The notes beneath the pieces were generated by a model, which searched no databases, was not told the origin of the DNA, and saw only the letters and a list, made by a program, of their open reading frames with translations. Made by a program: the position numbers and the translations under genes. From a virus, in IMG/VR virus record IMGVR_UViG_3300042691_038416, positions 32,001 through 96,000 of that record: a stretch of DNA of 64,000 bases; one strand, 5' to 3'. Positions 9,175 through 20,577 of the stretch are shown here, piece after piece (the stretch's first letter is position 1; each line of letters opens with the position of its first letter).

Positions 9175-12100
9175 TTATATTAAAGTTCTTTCTCTAAGAC
9201 TAACAGCTATATTATCAAAATTCTGTCTTAATTCATTAGTAGAATACTCTGGGAGTAAAAATCCACTACCACTAAGAACTACATTATCTATGACAACAAA
9301 ATTAGGATGAGGATGGAAACGTCTAATTAAAAATGAATTTAGGTTAGTTCCATCAGTTATATCTCGATCTAAATTTAAAACTAAACTTGGAGTCACGCCA
9401 AATATATTTGAAATAGTTCCAATAAAATTATTAGATATAATATATAAACCAGTTTGATCTTGTTCCGCTACTCCGCTTGCTGAGTAAAATCCTGTACCTG
9501 TTATACCAACACTAGAGGTATTTCCACCAGCTATACTGACATCTATATCACCACTAGTATAACTAGTTACTTCAAAATAAATAGTATATAATTGAGTGTA
9601 ATCAAAACCTTGATATGAAGTTTGATCAAATTGAAGAGAATTGGCTCCAAATACTCCAGGAGGTCCCCCAGTGCATGTAGCAGAAGTAGCACTATTAATA
9701 GTCCAATTCACATTAGCACTCCATGAACCTGGGGCGTTATAATCTGAGTATGGTGTTTCACCAGCTATAACATCAGTTATACTAGCGCTACCTATAGTGT
9801 AAGTTTGAAGTTCATCTCCTTCAAATCTTATTTGATCTCCTGAGTTTATAACAAAAGGCAAGCATGGAGCATATCCATGGTCTGGGGCATAAGATTGATA
9901 TACTGGATTACTTGGAGTGTATAAAGGTAAAAGCTGTGTACTATGTATAAGATTTTTAGGTGTACCATCTAATTGTGATCCTGTAGTCCAATAATCGCTT
10001 ATATTAATAGATGCTGTAACACTTGTTGGAGGAGGGGTTTGAGTGACTAAAACTCTTGTTGTTGGTTTAAAATATAATCTATAATAGCTACTAGGATTTA
10101 CAAATCTATATCTATATAAATCTCCAACTACAGGAACAAATTGATCTTGTAAAAGCCAATTATTAGATTTATTTGTATTACTTTGTCCTTGAACATATGT
10201 TCGACTATTAAAAGGAGTATAAGCAGCGGTGGACCAAGAAGAACCTCCATCTGTTGATTTTTCTAAAAATAAATTTAAATTATAACTACTATAGTTAGGT
10301 ACAGTAGTTGGATTAGATAATTCAAAATCAGCATAAAGAGCAAAACTTATTTTCACATTATTACTGCCACTAATTACTTCAATCCAATTATTTCCAGCGT
10401 TAAGTTGAATATAAGGAGATGCTAAAGTAGTATAATCTAAATTTAAAATTATTTGAGAATTAAAATCTAATAATTGATTAGGTACAGTTGTTGAATATCT
10501 AGAAAGATAATTTATAGGATCAGAAGCTACAGCTGAACCAGAATCACCAAAAGTTATACCATCTTGAATATTAAATCCACTTCCTGTTTGTGTATATAAT
10601 ATAGCTCTAGGTATAGTTCCAGGTCTTATTACTCTTTTATTACCAATAAATAATTTGTCTCCATTTTCTGCCTCAATAATAATATTAGCATTTTTATTTG
10701 TCTCAAAATTATCTATTAAATTTGAATAATATGAACCTGTTAATGTTGGTGTTTGAATAACACCATCTTTATCAATTAAATATAAAATATGAGCAGCAGA
10801 TTTATCTATTAATTCAGCTGTAGTATCTTGTATATAATCAAAATATGCTAAATATGTTTGTAATTGTTCAACATTAGCTAAATTAGAAGCATTATTAGAT
10901 ATAGCTACATCATTTAATTCTATATCAGATAACTCAGTACTTGTAAAACCAATAGAATATGGTAAATTATAATTATTACTAGTTGTTCTTACTCCTTCAT
11001 ATCTTGGACGAGTATTAGCGCTAGCATTATATAAATAATCATTTATTTCAGCTTGTTCAGCTGTGCCATTTATAATTTGCTGTAAATTTGAAGGAATAGT
11101 TCCACCATCTTCATAAAGTACTCTTTGATGAGTTTGACTAATATCATTTCCATTAGCATTATTCATTAACACATCACAATCACTATTTCTAAATGTACTT
11201 AATAAATAAGGCTCAATTACAACTGAGCTAGTAGCAGTTTGAGGAGACTGTGACTGAGTCATAGTCCAAAATACATTACTTAAAGAAATAGGAGCGTTTA
11301 GATTTTTAGTTTCTAACCAATAGCTTGTTTCTCCTAAAAATTGATAACTAGCTATACCATTTAAAGCTACAGTTTGATTATTTCCAGCTGGAATAGTTAT
11401 AAGACTACTAGTTTTTACTGGGGTAAAATAGTTAAAATCACTTGTACTCCAAAATCCAAAACTAAAACTAATAGGTACAGCATTATAGTTAGTAGCTGTT
11501 ATAGAAGCGGAATATGTTATATTACAATTTGGAGTATTAGCAAATTGATAAAATGCTCCTCCTATTTGTCCTGAGGCATTATTTATTACATTCCAATTAC
11601 TAATATAATATAAACCAGCTGAGGCAGATGGATCAGCTGAGGAGGCTGAGAATGCGTAATTAAAAACATTATCATCTGCGTAATAAGGTATATCATACCA
11701 TTCTTTAGAATTTACTTTATATAAATAATAAGTTGGATATTCTGTTATATTTTCTACTGTTAAAACTATTTCACCTACAGTTACTTCTGAGTCTGTCCAT
11801 ATAAAATGTGTTAATTCTTGTAATGATAAAGTATTATCATTTCCTTCTTGATCAAATCTAGCTACTTTAATATAATCAATAGTATACGTTTCAATATTTG
11901 GAAAAACTTCAGTATTTAAATCAACATTATAATGCATTAAGAACTGTCCGTTATATGGAAGAGTATTTTTATTTAAAAAAGTATCTAAAGACGAAGTAGA
12001 ACCATTAACAATACCATCAGTATAAGAAGTAGCATATGGAAACATACTATAACTAATTGTTGTAGTACCTACTGTTAAAAATTGCTCACATTGAGCATCA

Positions 12101-12420
12101 TTTAAACTCCCATCACTAACTACATAATTTGAACCACTAAATTCTCCATCAATGAATTCCTCCATTGTATTATGAATATATGGAACTATACCTAAAGGAG
12201 TAACAATAGATTCAGACCAAGATTGAGTAACATTTACTACTAAATCTACTGTATAGTTTGTACCTGGAATAAAATTTGGCCAAGCTTTAGCATCACTTCC
12301 TGTAATATGTTCTATTGGAAATGATTGATCATCTGTAGAAGAAATATATGTTCTTTGTCCATATGATTGAGTAGCTATACTACCTATTGATCCTGTTATT
12401 GTTATATCTTGCAACGGCAT
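9175..12420 (-). CDS. large beta-rich baseplate/tail-associated protein
   Basis: 1081 aa, S/T/N/Y rich, coupled to the upstream gene by TAATG. Confidence 0.6.
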   Translation of the reverse strand: MPLQDITITGSIGSIATQSYGQRTYISSTDDQSFPIEHITGSDAKAWPNFIPGTNYTVDLVVNVTQSWSESIVTPLGIVPYIHNTMEEFIDGEFSGSNYVVSDGSLNDAQCEQFLTVGTTTISYSMFPYATSYTDGIVNGSTSSLDTFLNKNTLPYNGQFLMHYNVDLNTEVFPNIETYTIDYIKVARFDQEGNDNTLSLQELTHFIWTDSEVTVGEIVLTVENITEYPTYYLYKVNSKEWYDIPYYADDNVFNYAFSASSADPSASAGLYYISNWNVINNASGQIGGAFYQFANTPNCNITYSASITATNYNAVPISFSFGFWSTSDFNYFTPVKTSSLITIPAGNNQTVALNGIASYQFLGETSYWLETKNLNAPISLSNVFWTMTQSQSPQTATSSVVIEPYLLSTFRNSDCDVLMNNANGNDISQTHQRVLYEDGGTIPSNLQQIINGTAEQAEINDYLYNASANTRPRYEGVRTTSNNYNLPYSIGFTSTELSDIELNDVAISNNASNLANVEQLQTYLAYFDYIQDTTAELIDKSAAHILYLIDKDGVIQTPTLTGSYYSNLIDNFETNKNANIIIEAENGDKLFIGNKRVIRPGTIPRAILYTQTGSGFNIQDGITFGDSGSAVASDPINYLSRYSTTVPNQLLDFNSQIILNLDYTTLASPYIQLNAGNNWIEVISGSNNVKISFALYADFELSNPTTVPNYSSYNLNLFLEKSTDGGSSWSTAAYTPFNSRTYVQGQSNTNKSNNWLLQDQFVPVVGDLYRYRFVNPSSYYRLYFKPTTRVLVTQTPPPTSVTASINISDYWTTGSQLDGTPKNLIHSTQLLPLYTPSNPVYQSYAPDHGYAPCLPFVINSGDQIRFEGDELQTYTIGSASITDVIAGETPYSDYNAPGSWSANVNWTINSATSATCTGGPPGVFGANSLQFDQTSYQGFDYTQLYTIYFEVTSYTSGDIDVSIAGGNTSSVGITGTGFYSASGVAEQDQTGLYIISNNFIGTISNIFGVTPSLVLNLDRDITDGTNLNSFLIRRFHPHPNFVVIDNVVLSGSGFLLPEYSTNELRQNFDNIAVSLRERTLI

Positions 12421-15400
12421 TAGTTTGGTATATTAAGTATTTTTGATGTTGGACTTCCTACAAAAGCAATTGTACTTTGTGTGTTAGCTCTAGGTTGAGG
12501 ATATCTACATCTTTCTAATAATGTTTGTTTTATTACTAAACCTGAAGCTAAACCTGCTCTGGCAGGAGTAAAATCTTTAATCATTTTAAATAATGAATTA
12601 TCATAAAATTTAATTAATCTAATATAATCATTCAAGTCATAATTATGAGTATATTTAGAGAAATAATAATCTCTTAGTCTATTAAAATCAGGATAATAAT
12701 TTAATGAACCAGAAGTTGTTAATGATAATAATTGTCTTGGATCACCAATATATGAACCTATATTGAAATATCCAAGCTGAGCTATAATATCATCATTAAT
12801 TTCATCTTGAGGTGAAAAAGCAGCCTCAACATAATTCACATCTTTTGTAAATGTTTCATTAGCTGGGGAATATTGTTGAATAGATATATATTGAGATAAA
12901 GTACTACCTGATGGTAAAACCATATCTACTATTCTAATTTTTTCAGATACTGAGTTTTTAATACCAGCTACAAATTGATTTTGGTATATAGTTTCAGTAT
13001 TAGGTTCAAAAGTGAAAGTACCATTTAATATATAATTACTATTTCCAGATGTAGTAAAAGATTCAGTAGGAGGAATAAAGGAAATAGCAGGATGAATAGA
13101 TTCTCGTGTTGTTAGAGAAGCATTATTATCTAACATTGTTCCTAATGGTGCTCTAAAATATAAAGAATTAGGTGTTGAATTTGATCCAATTTGTGAGTTT
13201 CCTTCTATTGAATATGGATTCATTGTATAATCTTTAAAAGCATCAACATTTAAAGTATCAGCTGAGCTGGAGTAATAGTAAACTCTCCATTCTTGAAAAG
13301 AGCCAGAGAATGGATAACAAGTTTTACCATTTACAGTTCTAAAAGTTGAATTTGAGAGATATTGAGTAGCAGGTGTTATAAAAGAAGGGCTAGTTGTAGA
13401 AGAAGAAGCTATAAAACCTATATTACTACCATCATAACCTTCATATATATTATTAGCTGCGTATAAAGTAGCATTAGTTCCATCTAATGTTAACATTACA
13501 GACCACCATTCACCATTATAAAAAGGTAAACTTAATGTACATGAACTTCCTCCACCAAATTCTTGAAAAAATTCTAAAGTAGCATATTCATTATTAGTAT
13601 CAGGTATAGATCCACTATATGATCCACTAGTATACCCAGTACCACTATATGTTAAAGTTATATATTTTCGAGCTGAGATAGCAGGTACTGTCCACCATAA
13701 TAATTCAGAGTATGGAGAAGTAGGAGGAATACCATTAGTTTTAAATCTAAATTGTATAGTAGTTGGATTAAGAGAGTTTTCACTATCATCAAGATTTGTT
13801 GAAATATATCCATTTCCTTCAGAATAAAAAGCATAATTAAACTGTTCAATAAAGTTATCCCATGACTGATCTTGGTATGATTTACCACCAAATTCATTTA
13901 TACGAACAATAGTATCAGGAATACCATATATATTTAATAATAAATTTAAACCTTCTGTTGTTCCTTTTTTCTTAAGTAAAGCTGGTAAGTTATGATAAAT
14001 TCGTTTATAAATTTCTTTATTAATATCATCTACGGGTTCTAAAGAACTAGTAGCTGAGGCAGTTATAAATGTATTAACATACTCATATCCTGATGGTGTA
14101 GGTAAAGAACCTGTAGTATAAGGAAGATTATATAAGCTACCTGATGGAGTAATACCTAATAACGCCGAGTATAGATCATTTGTTGAAAAATTATTTTGAT
14201 ATATTTTAACTCCTAAATCTCGAATAGCTTGTGCTACTATATCTTTAGAAATACCATAATTTAATCTATTATCAGCATCAAATTTGTTAGTTATATCTTT
14301 TAAATAAACCCAAACATTATCAAAATTTTGACCAATCATTTGAATAAATAATTTATATTGGTCATTATTTGGATCATCAATTAAATAATTAGGTATTGTA
14401 TTTGTTAAAATATCCATATTCTCCTCATCATAAAGAGAAGCTGAAATACTTTGAGTTGTAAACCAATTTAAGGCAGGAACAGATGTTGTTAATTCATTTA
14501 CATATGGATAAATTGAATTAGTTTTAGGCCAAGCATAACTACTAGATTCATAGTAAAGATAATATTCATAACCATCAAAGTTAGTTATAATATCATCTAT
14601 TTTATTTTGCCATATAATTTGACTACCTGAAGTATATAAATTTAAAGGAAGACCACTGTCAGAATAACTAGCACTATAATTATATTGTTCTATTAGAGAT
14701 AATTTATAGTAAAAATTTTCTAAACGAGTTTGTGCTGAAGAAAAATGAATAAAATTTGAATAATCAGTATAATCTATATTTATCTCAATACCTTTCTCAG
14801 CTAAAATACTATTTATTTGATATAGTAAACTTCCTGATCCTAATGAAGAATAATTTTGAGTTAAAATATTTTGATTAAAATAAGGTGTTGAATTATTAAT
14901 TTGATCTTGAATTTCAAGATTAAAATTAGGACCACCTATATAATTAAATTCCTCCTCAGGAGAAAATATAGTTGTTAATTCAATTTGATATGCTTGAGAT
15001 TCAGCTATTTGTTCTACAACCCAACATTGAGAATTAATTATAAATTCATCTGGTAAAGGATCATATAATTTAATTAAAACTGTTGGATCATTAGGATTAG
15101 TATTATCTAAAGCAATATTATTAGCTATAACTAATTTATTTTCTCCAAAATTCAAAGCAAAATCTAAATACACACCTGTAGAATTAGCTATTTGATTTGC
15201 TAATTGGATTGTTAAATCAGCTACATCAATATTAGAAATTTGAGTTGTATTTAATCTTAACTCAGTTCTATCAGAACTTATATCTTGAATATAAAATGTA
15301 CTATTAGGAGAAGAAGATAATTTTCTCTTTAAAAAATTATAAACAGTATAATATTGACCTTCTGTAAATCCTTGTGATTCTAAATCATTTTGAGGATCAA

Positions 15401-15626
15401 TTGTAACTAAATTATCTCTAAGAGTATAATTAGGATATCCAGCTACATTTTGATATAAAACATTTTCATTAAAATCTAAAATAAAATATTCAAGATAATC
15501 CTCAGATGGATTAAAAATTATATCTTGTTGAGTGAAATTAGATATAAGAGATTCATCTTCAACTGAGTAGTTTTGTAGTTGAAAAGTATTTGGGTCTACA
15601 TTTTGTATATTTACTATTTTATCCAT
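12420..15626 (-). CDS. putative baseplate wedge protein
   Basis: LKKKGTTEGLNLLLNIYGIP resembles P2 gpI/T4 gp7-type wedge motif; possible LamG-like central region. Confidence 0.6.
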   Translation of the reverse strand: MDKIVNIQNVDPNTFQLQNYSVEDESLISNFTQQDIIFNPSEDYLEYFILDFNENVLYQNVAGYPNYTLRDNLVTIDPQNDLESQGFTEGQYYTVYNFLKRKLSSSPNSTFYIQDISSDRTELRLNTTQISNIDVADLTIQLANQIANSTGVYLDFALNFGENKLVIANNIALDNTNPNDPTVLIKLYDPLPDEFIINSQCWVVEQIAESQAYQIELTTIFSPEEEFNYIGGPNFNLEIQDQINNSTPYFNQNILTQNYSSLGSGSLLYQINSILAEKGIEINIDYTDYSNFIHFSSAQTRLENFYYKLSLIEQYNYSASYSDSGLPLNLYTSGSQIIWQNKIDDIITNFDGYEYYLYYESSSYAWPKTNSIYPYVNELTTSVPALNWFTTQSISASLYDEENMDILTNTIPNYLIDDPNNDQYKLFIQMIGQNFDNVWVYLKDITNKFDADNRLNYGISKDIVAQAIRDLGVKIYQNNFSTNDLYSALLGITPSGSLYNLPYTTGSLPTPSGYEYVNTFITASATSSLEPVDDINKEIYKRIYHNLPALLKKKGTTEGLNLLLNIYGIPDTIVRINEFGGKSYQDQSWDNFIEQFNYAFYSEGNGYISTNLDDSENSLNPTTIQFRFKTNGIPPTSPYSELLWWTVPAISARKYITLTYSGTGYTSGSYSGSIPDTNNEYATLEFFQEFGGGSSCTLSLPFYNGEWWSVMLTLDGTNATLYAANNIYEGYDGSNIGFIASSSTTSPSFITPATQYLSNSTFRTVNGKTCYPFSGSFQEWRVYYYSSSADTLNVDAFKDYTMNPYSIEGNSQIGSNSTPNSLYFRAPLGTMLDNNASLTTRESIHPAISFIPPTESFTTSGNSNYILNGTFTFEPNTETIYQNQFVAGIKNSVSEKIRIVDMVLPSGSTLSQYISIQQYSPANETFTKDVNYVEAAFSPQDEINDDIIAQLGYFNIGSYIGDPRQLLSLTTSGSLNYYPDFNRLRDYYFSKYTHNYDLNDYIRLIKFYDNSLFKMIKDFTPARAGLASGLVIKQTLLERCRYPQPRANTQSTIAFVGSPTSKILNIPN

Positions 15627-15988
15627 TATATTTGTGAACTTGAAACTTGTAATTCTACTATTTGTTGATTAAGTTCTAAATTTTGTTGTTGTAATAAATT
15701 TATCTCATCTATTAAAGCTTGAATATCATCACTCATAGGAGTAAAATTAATATATTCAGAACTTGTCTTCACAAGATATTCATGTGAATTAGTAGCTCCT
15801 TCTTTTGGAATTTGAAGAAATAATTGTTGATAATCTTGAAAAAATTGATCAACAGTTATCGTAGGGGCAGTTAAAGCCGCTTGTTCAGCTGGAGTAATGG
15901 TAGTGGCTAATTGAGAAAATTTAGTATCTATAACTCTCTCATATTGACTCTTAACATATACTTTTTTATTTAAATTAACTGTTTCCAT
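15626..15988 (-). CDS. hypothetical protein with C-terminal coiled coil
   Basis: ORF coupled within the structural operon. Confidence 0.7.
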   Translation of the reverse strand: METVNLNKKVYVKSQYERVIDTKFSQLATTITPAEQAALTAPTITVDQFFQDYQQLFLQIPKEGATNSHEYLVKTSSEYINFTPMSDDIQALIDEINLLQQQNLELNQQIVELQVSSSQI

Positions 15989-17100
15989 TATCCGTTAACT
16001 ATTTTAAAGTAATAATTATCATCTAATACTATTGTATTACCATTAATAATAGTTTTAATTAGTATTTTATAATATCTTTCAGGTTCTAAACCATTCATAT
16101 ATAAAGTAAAATAACTACTTGTCTCATCAATACTTAATTTAGTATAAGTAGTATCAAAATCAATTACAAATTCATTTGTATCTAAATCTTTAATAGCATA
16201 ATATGATGAGGTTGGTAGATAATAATTTTGTGTATAATATGAAGATGTTGAGAATACTCTAGCAGGATATTGAGGTCTAGAATTAACTCTAAATTTATTT
16301 ATACTTTCTGTATAGAAAACACCTGGATTTTCACTTATGGTTATTGTTAAAGGTAATGTATTAAGTGTTGTAATTGTAGATGATCCAGTATTAATTATAC
16401 AATCGTTCCATTTAAATTCTAAACAAGGAGGATATATAGTATGAGTATCAATTGAAAAATATTTAATTTTTGGTTGAATATCTTCATTATTAATAAATTC
16501 ATCTTTTTGTTTAACAATGAATCCATTATTACTATATGATCCACTATACCAAGCTTTAACTATATTTGTTGTATTAATATTTAAATCTTTATCTGAGTAG
16601 AATCCAAATATTTGAGATCCACTTAATGATTGAGTTACATACCATGTACCACCACCTACTGCTACTGATGATGAATATGAACCAGTTGTTCCTGGATTAA
16701 AAGTTCCATCTGTCCATTCACTTCCACTATAAAAATCTTTCCATACCCAACTAGCTCCATTTTGAACTTCAGGAGAAAGAAGATATTTTCCTGTTCCCAT
16801 ATTCCAAGATTGAGATACAGGATATACTTCTAATGTAGTATCTGAATTTAAAGCTGAGATATCTGCTATAAAACATTTTAAATATGAATCCCATTGTGAA
16901 CCAGATATTTTATTATTAATAATATCTGATATTTCTGTAGATGAGAATTGGATTAAAAATCTGCTTGCTTGAGGAGAAGGATTAGGTAGAGTACCTACTT
17001 CTAAAGATGCTTCTAATATTGGATCCATTCCTGTATTCATATTGGGATAAGATGAATATAGGGTTGTGTCTTGAGTTGGGAATATTTTATATACTGCCAT
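15988..17100 (-). CDS. structural protein, DNRLRE-like domain
   Basis: DTTLYS..N.G...SRFLIQF..V.QSW..G.G..NNGFIVK pattern. Confidence 0.55.
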   Translation of the reverse strand: MAVYKIFPTQDTTLYSSYPNMNTGMDPILEASLEVGTLPNPSPQASRFLIQFSSTEISDIINNKISGSQWDSYLKCFIADISALNSDTTLEVYPVSQSWNMGTGKYLLSPEVQNGASWVWKDFYSGSEWTDGTFNPGTTGSYSSSVAVGGGTWYVTQSLSGSQIFGFYSDKDLNINTTNIVKAWYSGSYSNNGFIVKQKDEFINNEDIQPKIKYFSIDTHTIYPPCLEFKWNDCIINTGSSTITTLNTLPLTITISENPGVFYTESINKFRVNSRPQYPARVFSTSSYYTQNYYLPTSSYYAIKDLDTNEFVIDFDTTYTKLSIDETSSYFTLYMNGLEPERYYKILIKTIINGNTIVLDDNYYFKIVNG

Positions 17101-17109
17101 TGTTTATTT

Positions 17110-18963
17110 TTATAATGATACTACTCTACCTTGAATATCAGCGTTCGGATATTTTACTTCAAAAATCATAGGATCTATTGATGGATAAACTACTCCATTT
17201 TTAGTAGCTCCAGGAATATCATAAGCATATTCTGAGTAGCCTAAACTAGTTCCTACAAAATTTGAAATTTCAATATTTTTAACTGTTTGAACTCCTTCTA
17301 TTTTATCTAATAGAATATATAAATCTCTTAATATAATAGGTTGATTAATTTGCCAATTTTCAATAGCAAAATATGTTTGTAATGCTGTTATACAATTAGT
17401 TAAAACTAAATTATTATTATAATTAGGTAAAACAATAATATCAAAATTAACTCCTATATTAATAACAAAAGCATCTTTTATATTAATAGAATCATTTACC
17501 ATTCTATATTGAGAAAGATAAGTTATTAAATTTTGTTTTAAAGCATATGAAGCATTAATTAAATTTTTATTGATATCATAAGTTAAAATATATAAATCTA
17601 ATATACCTAAGTTTTCACCAGGAAGAGCATTTCTTAATTTTGTTGGTTCAATATATGCTTTAGCTACTTCACCATATTTAGAAGGCATAGATAAAGCTCT
17701 TACTAAATAGTCATCTTGAGTAACATTTCGTTGTTGACTAGCGAAATTAGATATTGAGTTTTGTCTTATTTCTTCAATTGAATCTCCATCTCCTCCTCCA
17801 CTAGCTGCTTCAGGATTAGTTATAGCTAAAGAATTAAAAATATTATCAGCTAAAGCAGTATTAGAAATATTAGGATTTAAAAAATTTATAGTACCATTTA
17901 ATGTGTTTAAAGTATTAGCAGAAATATTAGCTGTGACTCCACCTCCTGTTAAATATCTAAATGTTAGTGTGGTATTTGAAGGAGCAATACCATAAGTTTT
18001 TGTATATAAAAAGTTTGAAGGTGAATACGCTGTTGTGAGTTTATCTTGTTCAAATGGTAAACCAATACCTACATTATCTGGGTTAGGTATTATAGTTTCA
18101 TCTGAATCTGTGGTAGTACCTGCTCCGAATTGAATTTGTAGAGTATTAGAATCTTTAAAACGGGTAGTAAATCTATTTTGTATTTTTTTAAGTTTTAATA
18201 AATAAGGTGTATTACCTGGGTTTTGAGATAGATTAGGATCATTAACATTAGTATTTTTGATACTATCATAAATCATTTCTTGACCTAAATAATCTACTTC
18301 ATACCAATTATTACCATCACTATCAACACAATCTAGTATACCAATTAAATTAGAAGTACTTATTTCAACTGTTGAGAATTTAATAGGAGAAGTGAATGAA
18401 AATGTAGTTGTATTAATAGCAGCTGATATAGCTTTTCTTGTTTTCTTTAATAAAAAAGATTGAGGATTAACTCCAGCTATTTCATAAATAGTAATCTCAG
18501 TTGGATCATTAGAGCTAGAAACTGTAAAATCAACGGGATCATTTATTAAAAATGAGTTATTTGAAGAATCAACAGCTGTAGAATTACCAGCTATATATAA
18601 AGCATAATCAAAATCAGGTACATAAGAACCACCAGATATTTTAGATGGAACTTTTTGATAAAAATCAATATCTACAACTGCCACACCAGTAACATTTGGT
18701 TTATAACCAAACATATAAGCTAATTCAAATAAATTATTTGACTGACGAGCAAATTGTAAATAATTTTCTTGTACTTGATTATCCAAATAAAATGACAAAA
18801 CATCACCTACATATGATGCCATCTCAATAAACATCATCCCAGGAGATGATGGACTAAAATCATTATATGTTGTTGGATAATAGGTTTTAGCATAATCAAT
18901 TAAGCTTGTCCTATAATCACTAAAACTTTTATTAAGATATTTTATATTTTTAATTACAGCCAT
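17110..18963 (-). CDS. baseplate wedge subunit (T4 gp6 / baseplate J-like)
   Basis: SYVGDVLSFYLD, FGAG, YLTGGG, GGGDGDSIEEIR, QQRNVTQDDY. Confidence 0.9.
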   Translation of the reverse strand: MAVIKNIKYLNKSFSDYRTSLIDYAKTYYPTTYNDFSPSSPGMMFIEMASYVGDVLSFYLDNQVQENYLQFARQSNNLFELAYMFGYKPNVTGVAVVDIDFYQKVPSKISGGSYVPDFDYALYIAGNSTAVDSSNNSFLINDPVDFTVSSSNDPTEITIYEIAGVNPQSFLLKKTRKAISAAINTTTFSFTSPIKFSTVEISTSNLIGILDCVDSDGNNWYEVDYLGQEMIYDSIKNTNVNDPNLSQNPGNTPYLLKLKKIQNRFTTRFKDSNTLQIQFGAGTTTDSDETIIPNPDNVGIGLPFEQDKLTTAYSPSNFLYTKTYGIAPSNTTLTFRYLTGGGVTANISANTLNTLNGTINFLNPNISNTALADNIFNSLAITNPEAASGGGDGDSIEEIRQNSISNFASQQRNVTQDDYLVRALSMPSKYGEVAKAYIEPTKLRNALPGENLGILDLYILTYDINKNLINASYALKQNLITYLSQYRMVNDSINIKDAFVINIGVNFDIIVLPNYNNNLVLTNCITALQTYFAIENWQINQPIILRDLYILLDKIEGVQTVKNIEISNFVGTSLGYSEYAYDIPGATKNGVVYPSIDPMIFEVKYPNADIQGRVVSL

Positions 18964-18965
18964 TA

Positions 18966-19373
18966 TTATGAGAATGTTATTTGAACTTGATCATTTATTC
19001 CTGTGTCTATTATACTATATGTTATTATTATCTCAATTTCATTAGTATCAGGATATTGTAAGATATCTAATTTTTCTACTTTAATATTAGGAAAATAATA
19101 ATTTATTAATTGTTGGATAGAATCTTTAAGATTATTAATATTATTTGTTGTAATTTGTTCAAAAATAAATTGTCTTAAATTAGCTCCAAAATCAATATTT
19201 AAAAATCTTTCAGTTTTATTAGTTAATAAATAATTTAATAAATTATTTCTAATAGCGTCTTTTGTAGTATATGTTGAAAAAAAAGTAGAAGGAGCATTAA
19301 AAGGCAAAGACACACCTATAGCAGTGCCTGGTTTAGTATCTAAAGGAAATATCTTTTTTGCTCCAAATGCCAT
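18966..19373 (-). CDS. baseplate gp25-like protein
   Basis: IRNNLLNYLLTNKTERFLNIDFGANLRQFIFE GPW/gp25 pattern. Confidence 0.85.
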   Translation of the reverse strand: MAFGAKKIFPLDTKPGTAIGVSLPFNAPSTFFSTYTTKDAIRNNLLNYLLTNKTERFLNIDFGANLRQFIFEQITTNNINNLKDSIQQLINYYFPNIKVEKLDILQYPDTNEIEIIITYSIIDTGINDQVQITFS

Positions 19374-19375
19374 AA

Positions 19376-19729
19376 TTATTTATTTATTAAATTCATTATT
19401 TGATCTAATCCTAATTGTCCTTGAGGTAAAGCACTTCCTTCAGCCATAGTATTAATAGGACCATTTATTTTAAATTCACCAGATAAACCAGTTTCAGGAC
19501 CTTTAGCCATATCACCTAAAATATCCATATATGCTTGTTTAGTATTTATAGGAGTTTTAGGTACTTGATTTGATGTGAAATTTAAAGTTCTATCATCACT
19601 TACCTGGTAAGATTCTTTGATAGGTTGCTTGTTAGAACGAATTGTTTCAAGTAGAATATCTTTTAATTCTTCTTGAATTGCTTCTTTAACTGCTTCTTTG
19701 ATAATTTTTTTAAGTATATCAGTTTTCAT
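19376..19729 (-). CDS. hypothetical, possible head-packaged protein
   Basis: N-terminal LKKIIKEAVKEAIQEE leader. Confidence 0.6.
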   Translation of the reverse strand: MKTDILKKIIKEAVKEAIQEELKDILLETIRSNKQPIKESYQVSDDRTLNFTSNQVPKTPINTKQAYMDILGDMAKGPETGLSGEFKINGPINTMAEGSALPQGQLGLDQIMNLINK

Positions 19730-19746
19730 CTATTATAAATATTTAA

Positions 19747-20577
19747 TTAATCAGCTTTTAAATTATTTGAGTCAATTAAAAGTTTAATTTGGTTAAGTAA
19801 AGTTTGATCATTTGTGGTAAATGATAAAGGAGTTGATAATAATATTATATTATCTTTATTTTTTGCTACAGCTTTTCTTCTATTTACAGTTGGTGAATAT
19901 GGTTCTTCAATTATTTCTAAAGTAAATTCTTGATATACTTCTTTATTACTTGGAATATTTTCAAGTTCAGAATACTGTTGATTTATTTTAATAGCATAAT
20001 CATTAATTATTGGTGAATCAGTTATTGATACTCCACATCCAGTTAAATATTGATCTATACTTTTTAAAATATTTACTAATTTAGATAAAATACTATTAAC
20101 ATAATCTAAGGCTCCCTTAATAGAATTTAATTTATTTGATGCTTGAGTTATAATAGGAGGTATAGTACCATTTAATAAATCTTTAGCAATAGATAATCCT
20201 GTTATTAATTGACCAGGAATAGGAATTGATGGTGGAGTTACTAACATAGCAGTACTAATTGCTGTAACAGTAGTTTTAGCTATACCTAAACTTGTTTTAG
20301 CTGTATTAACTGATGTAGTTAATGGGTCTAAAGATTTACTTAAAGTTTCAATTATTTTAGAAGCAGAATTAATTTGATTTACTATACTATTTCTAAATTT
20401 TAAAATTTCTTGAAGTTCATCATTAAATAAACAAGCACTAGGTAACTCTACATTTGGTTGACCTATATTTTGAATACCGGTTTTAGCCGCTATTTGAGCT
20501 ATAGTAGGTACTGATTGCTGAATTAATTTTTCAGCGGTTTTAATCAATAAAGCAGGTATTTTACTTTGAGCGCTCAT
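19747..20577 (-). CDS. hypothetical helical protein
   Basis: Long ORF in operon. Confidence 0.7.
   Translation of the reverse strand: MSAQSKIPALLIKTAEKLIQQSVPTIAQIAAKTGIQNIGQPNVELPSACLFNDELQEILKFRNSIVNQINSASKIIETLSKSLDPLTTSVNTAKTSLGIAKTTVTAISTAMLVTPPSIPIPGQLITGLSIAKDLLNGTIPPIITQASNKLNSIKGALDYVNSILSKLVNILKSIDQYLTGCGVSITDSPIINDYAIKINQQYSELENIPSNKEVYQEFTLEIIEEPYSPTVNRRKAVAKNKDNIILLSTPLSFTTNDQTLLNQIKLLIDSNNLKAD

Noticed and set aside
13658-13897. 79-aa alternative-frame ORF, and likewise 28310..28495
   Set aside because: Nested out of frame in longer, better supported genes
9175-15626. Stop-codon recoding or a split gene
   Set aside because: Genes are intact in code 11, the junction is a normal TAATG coupling, and no suppressor tRNA is present
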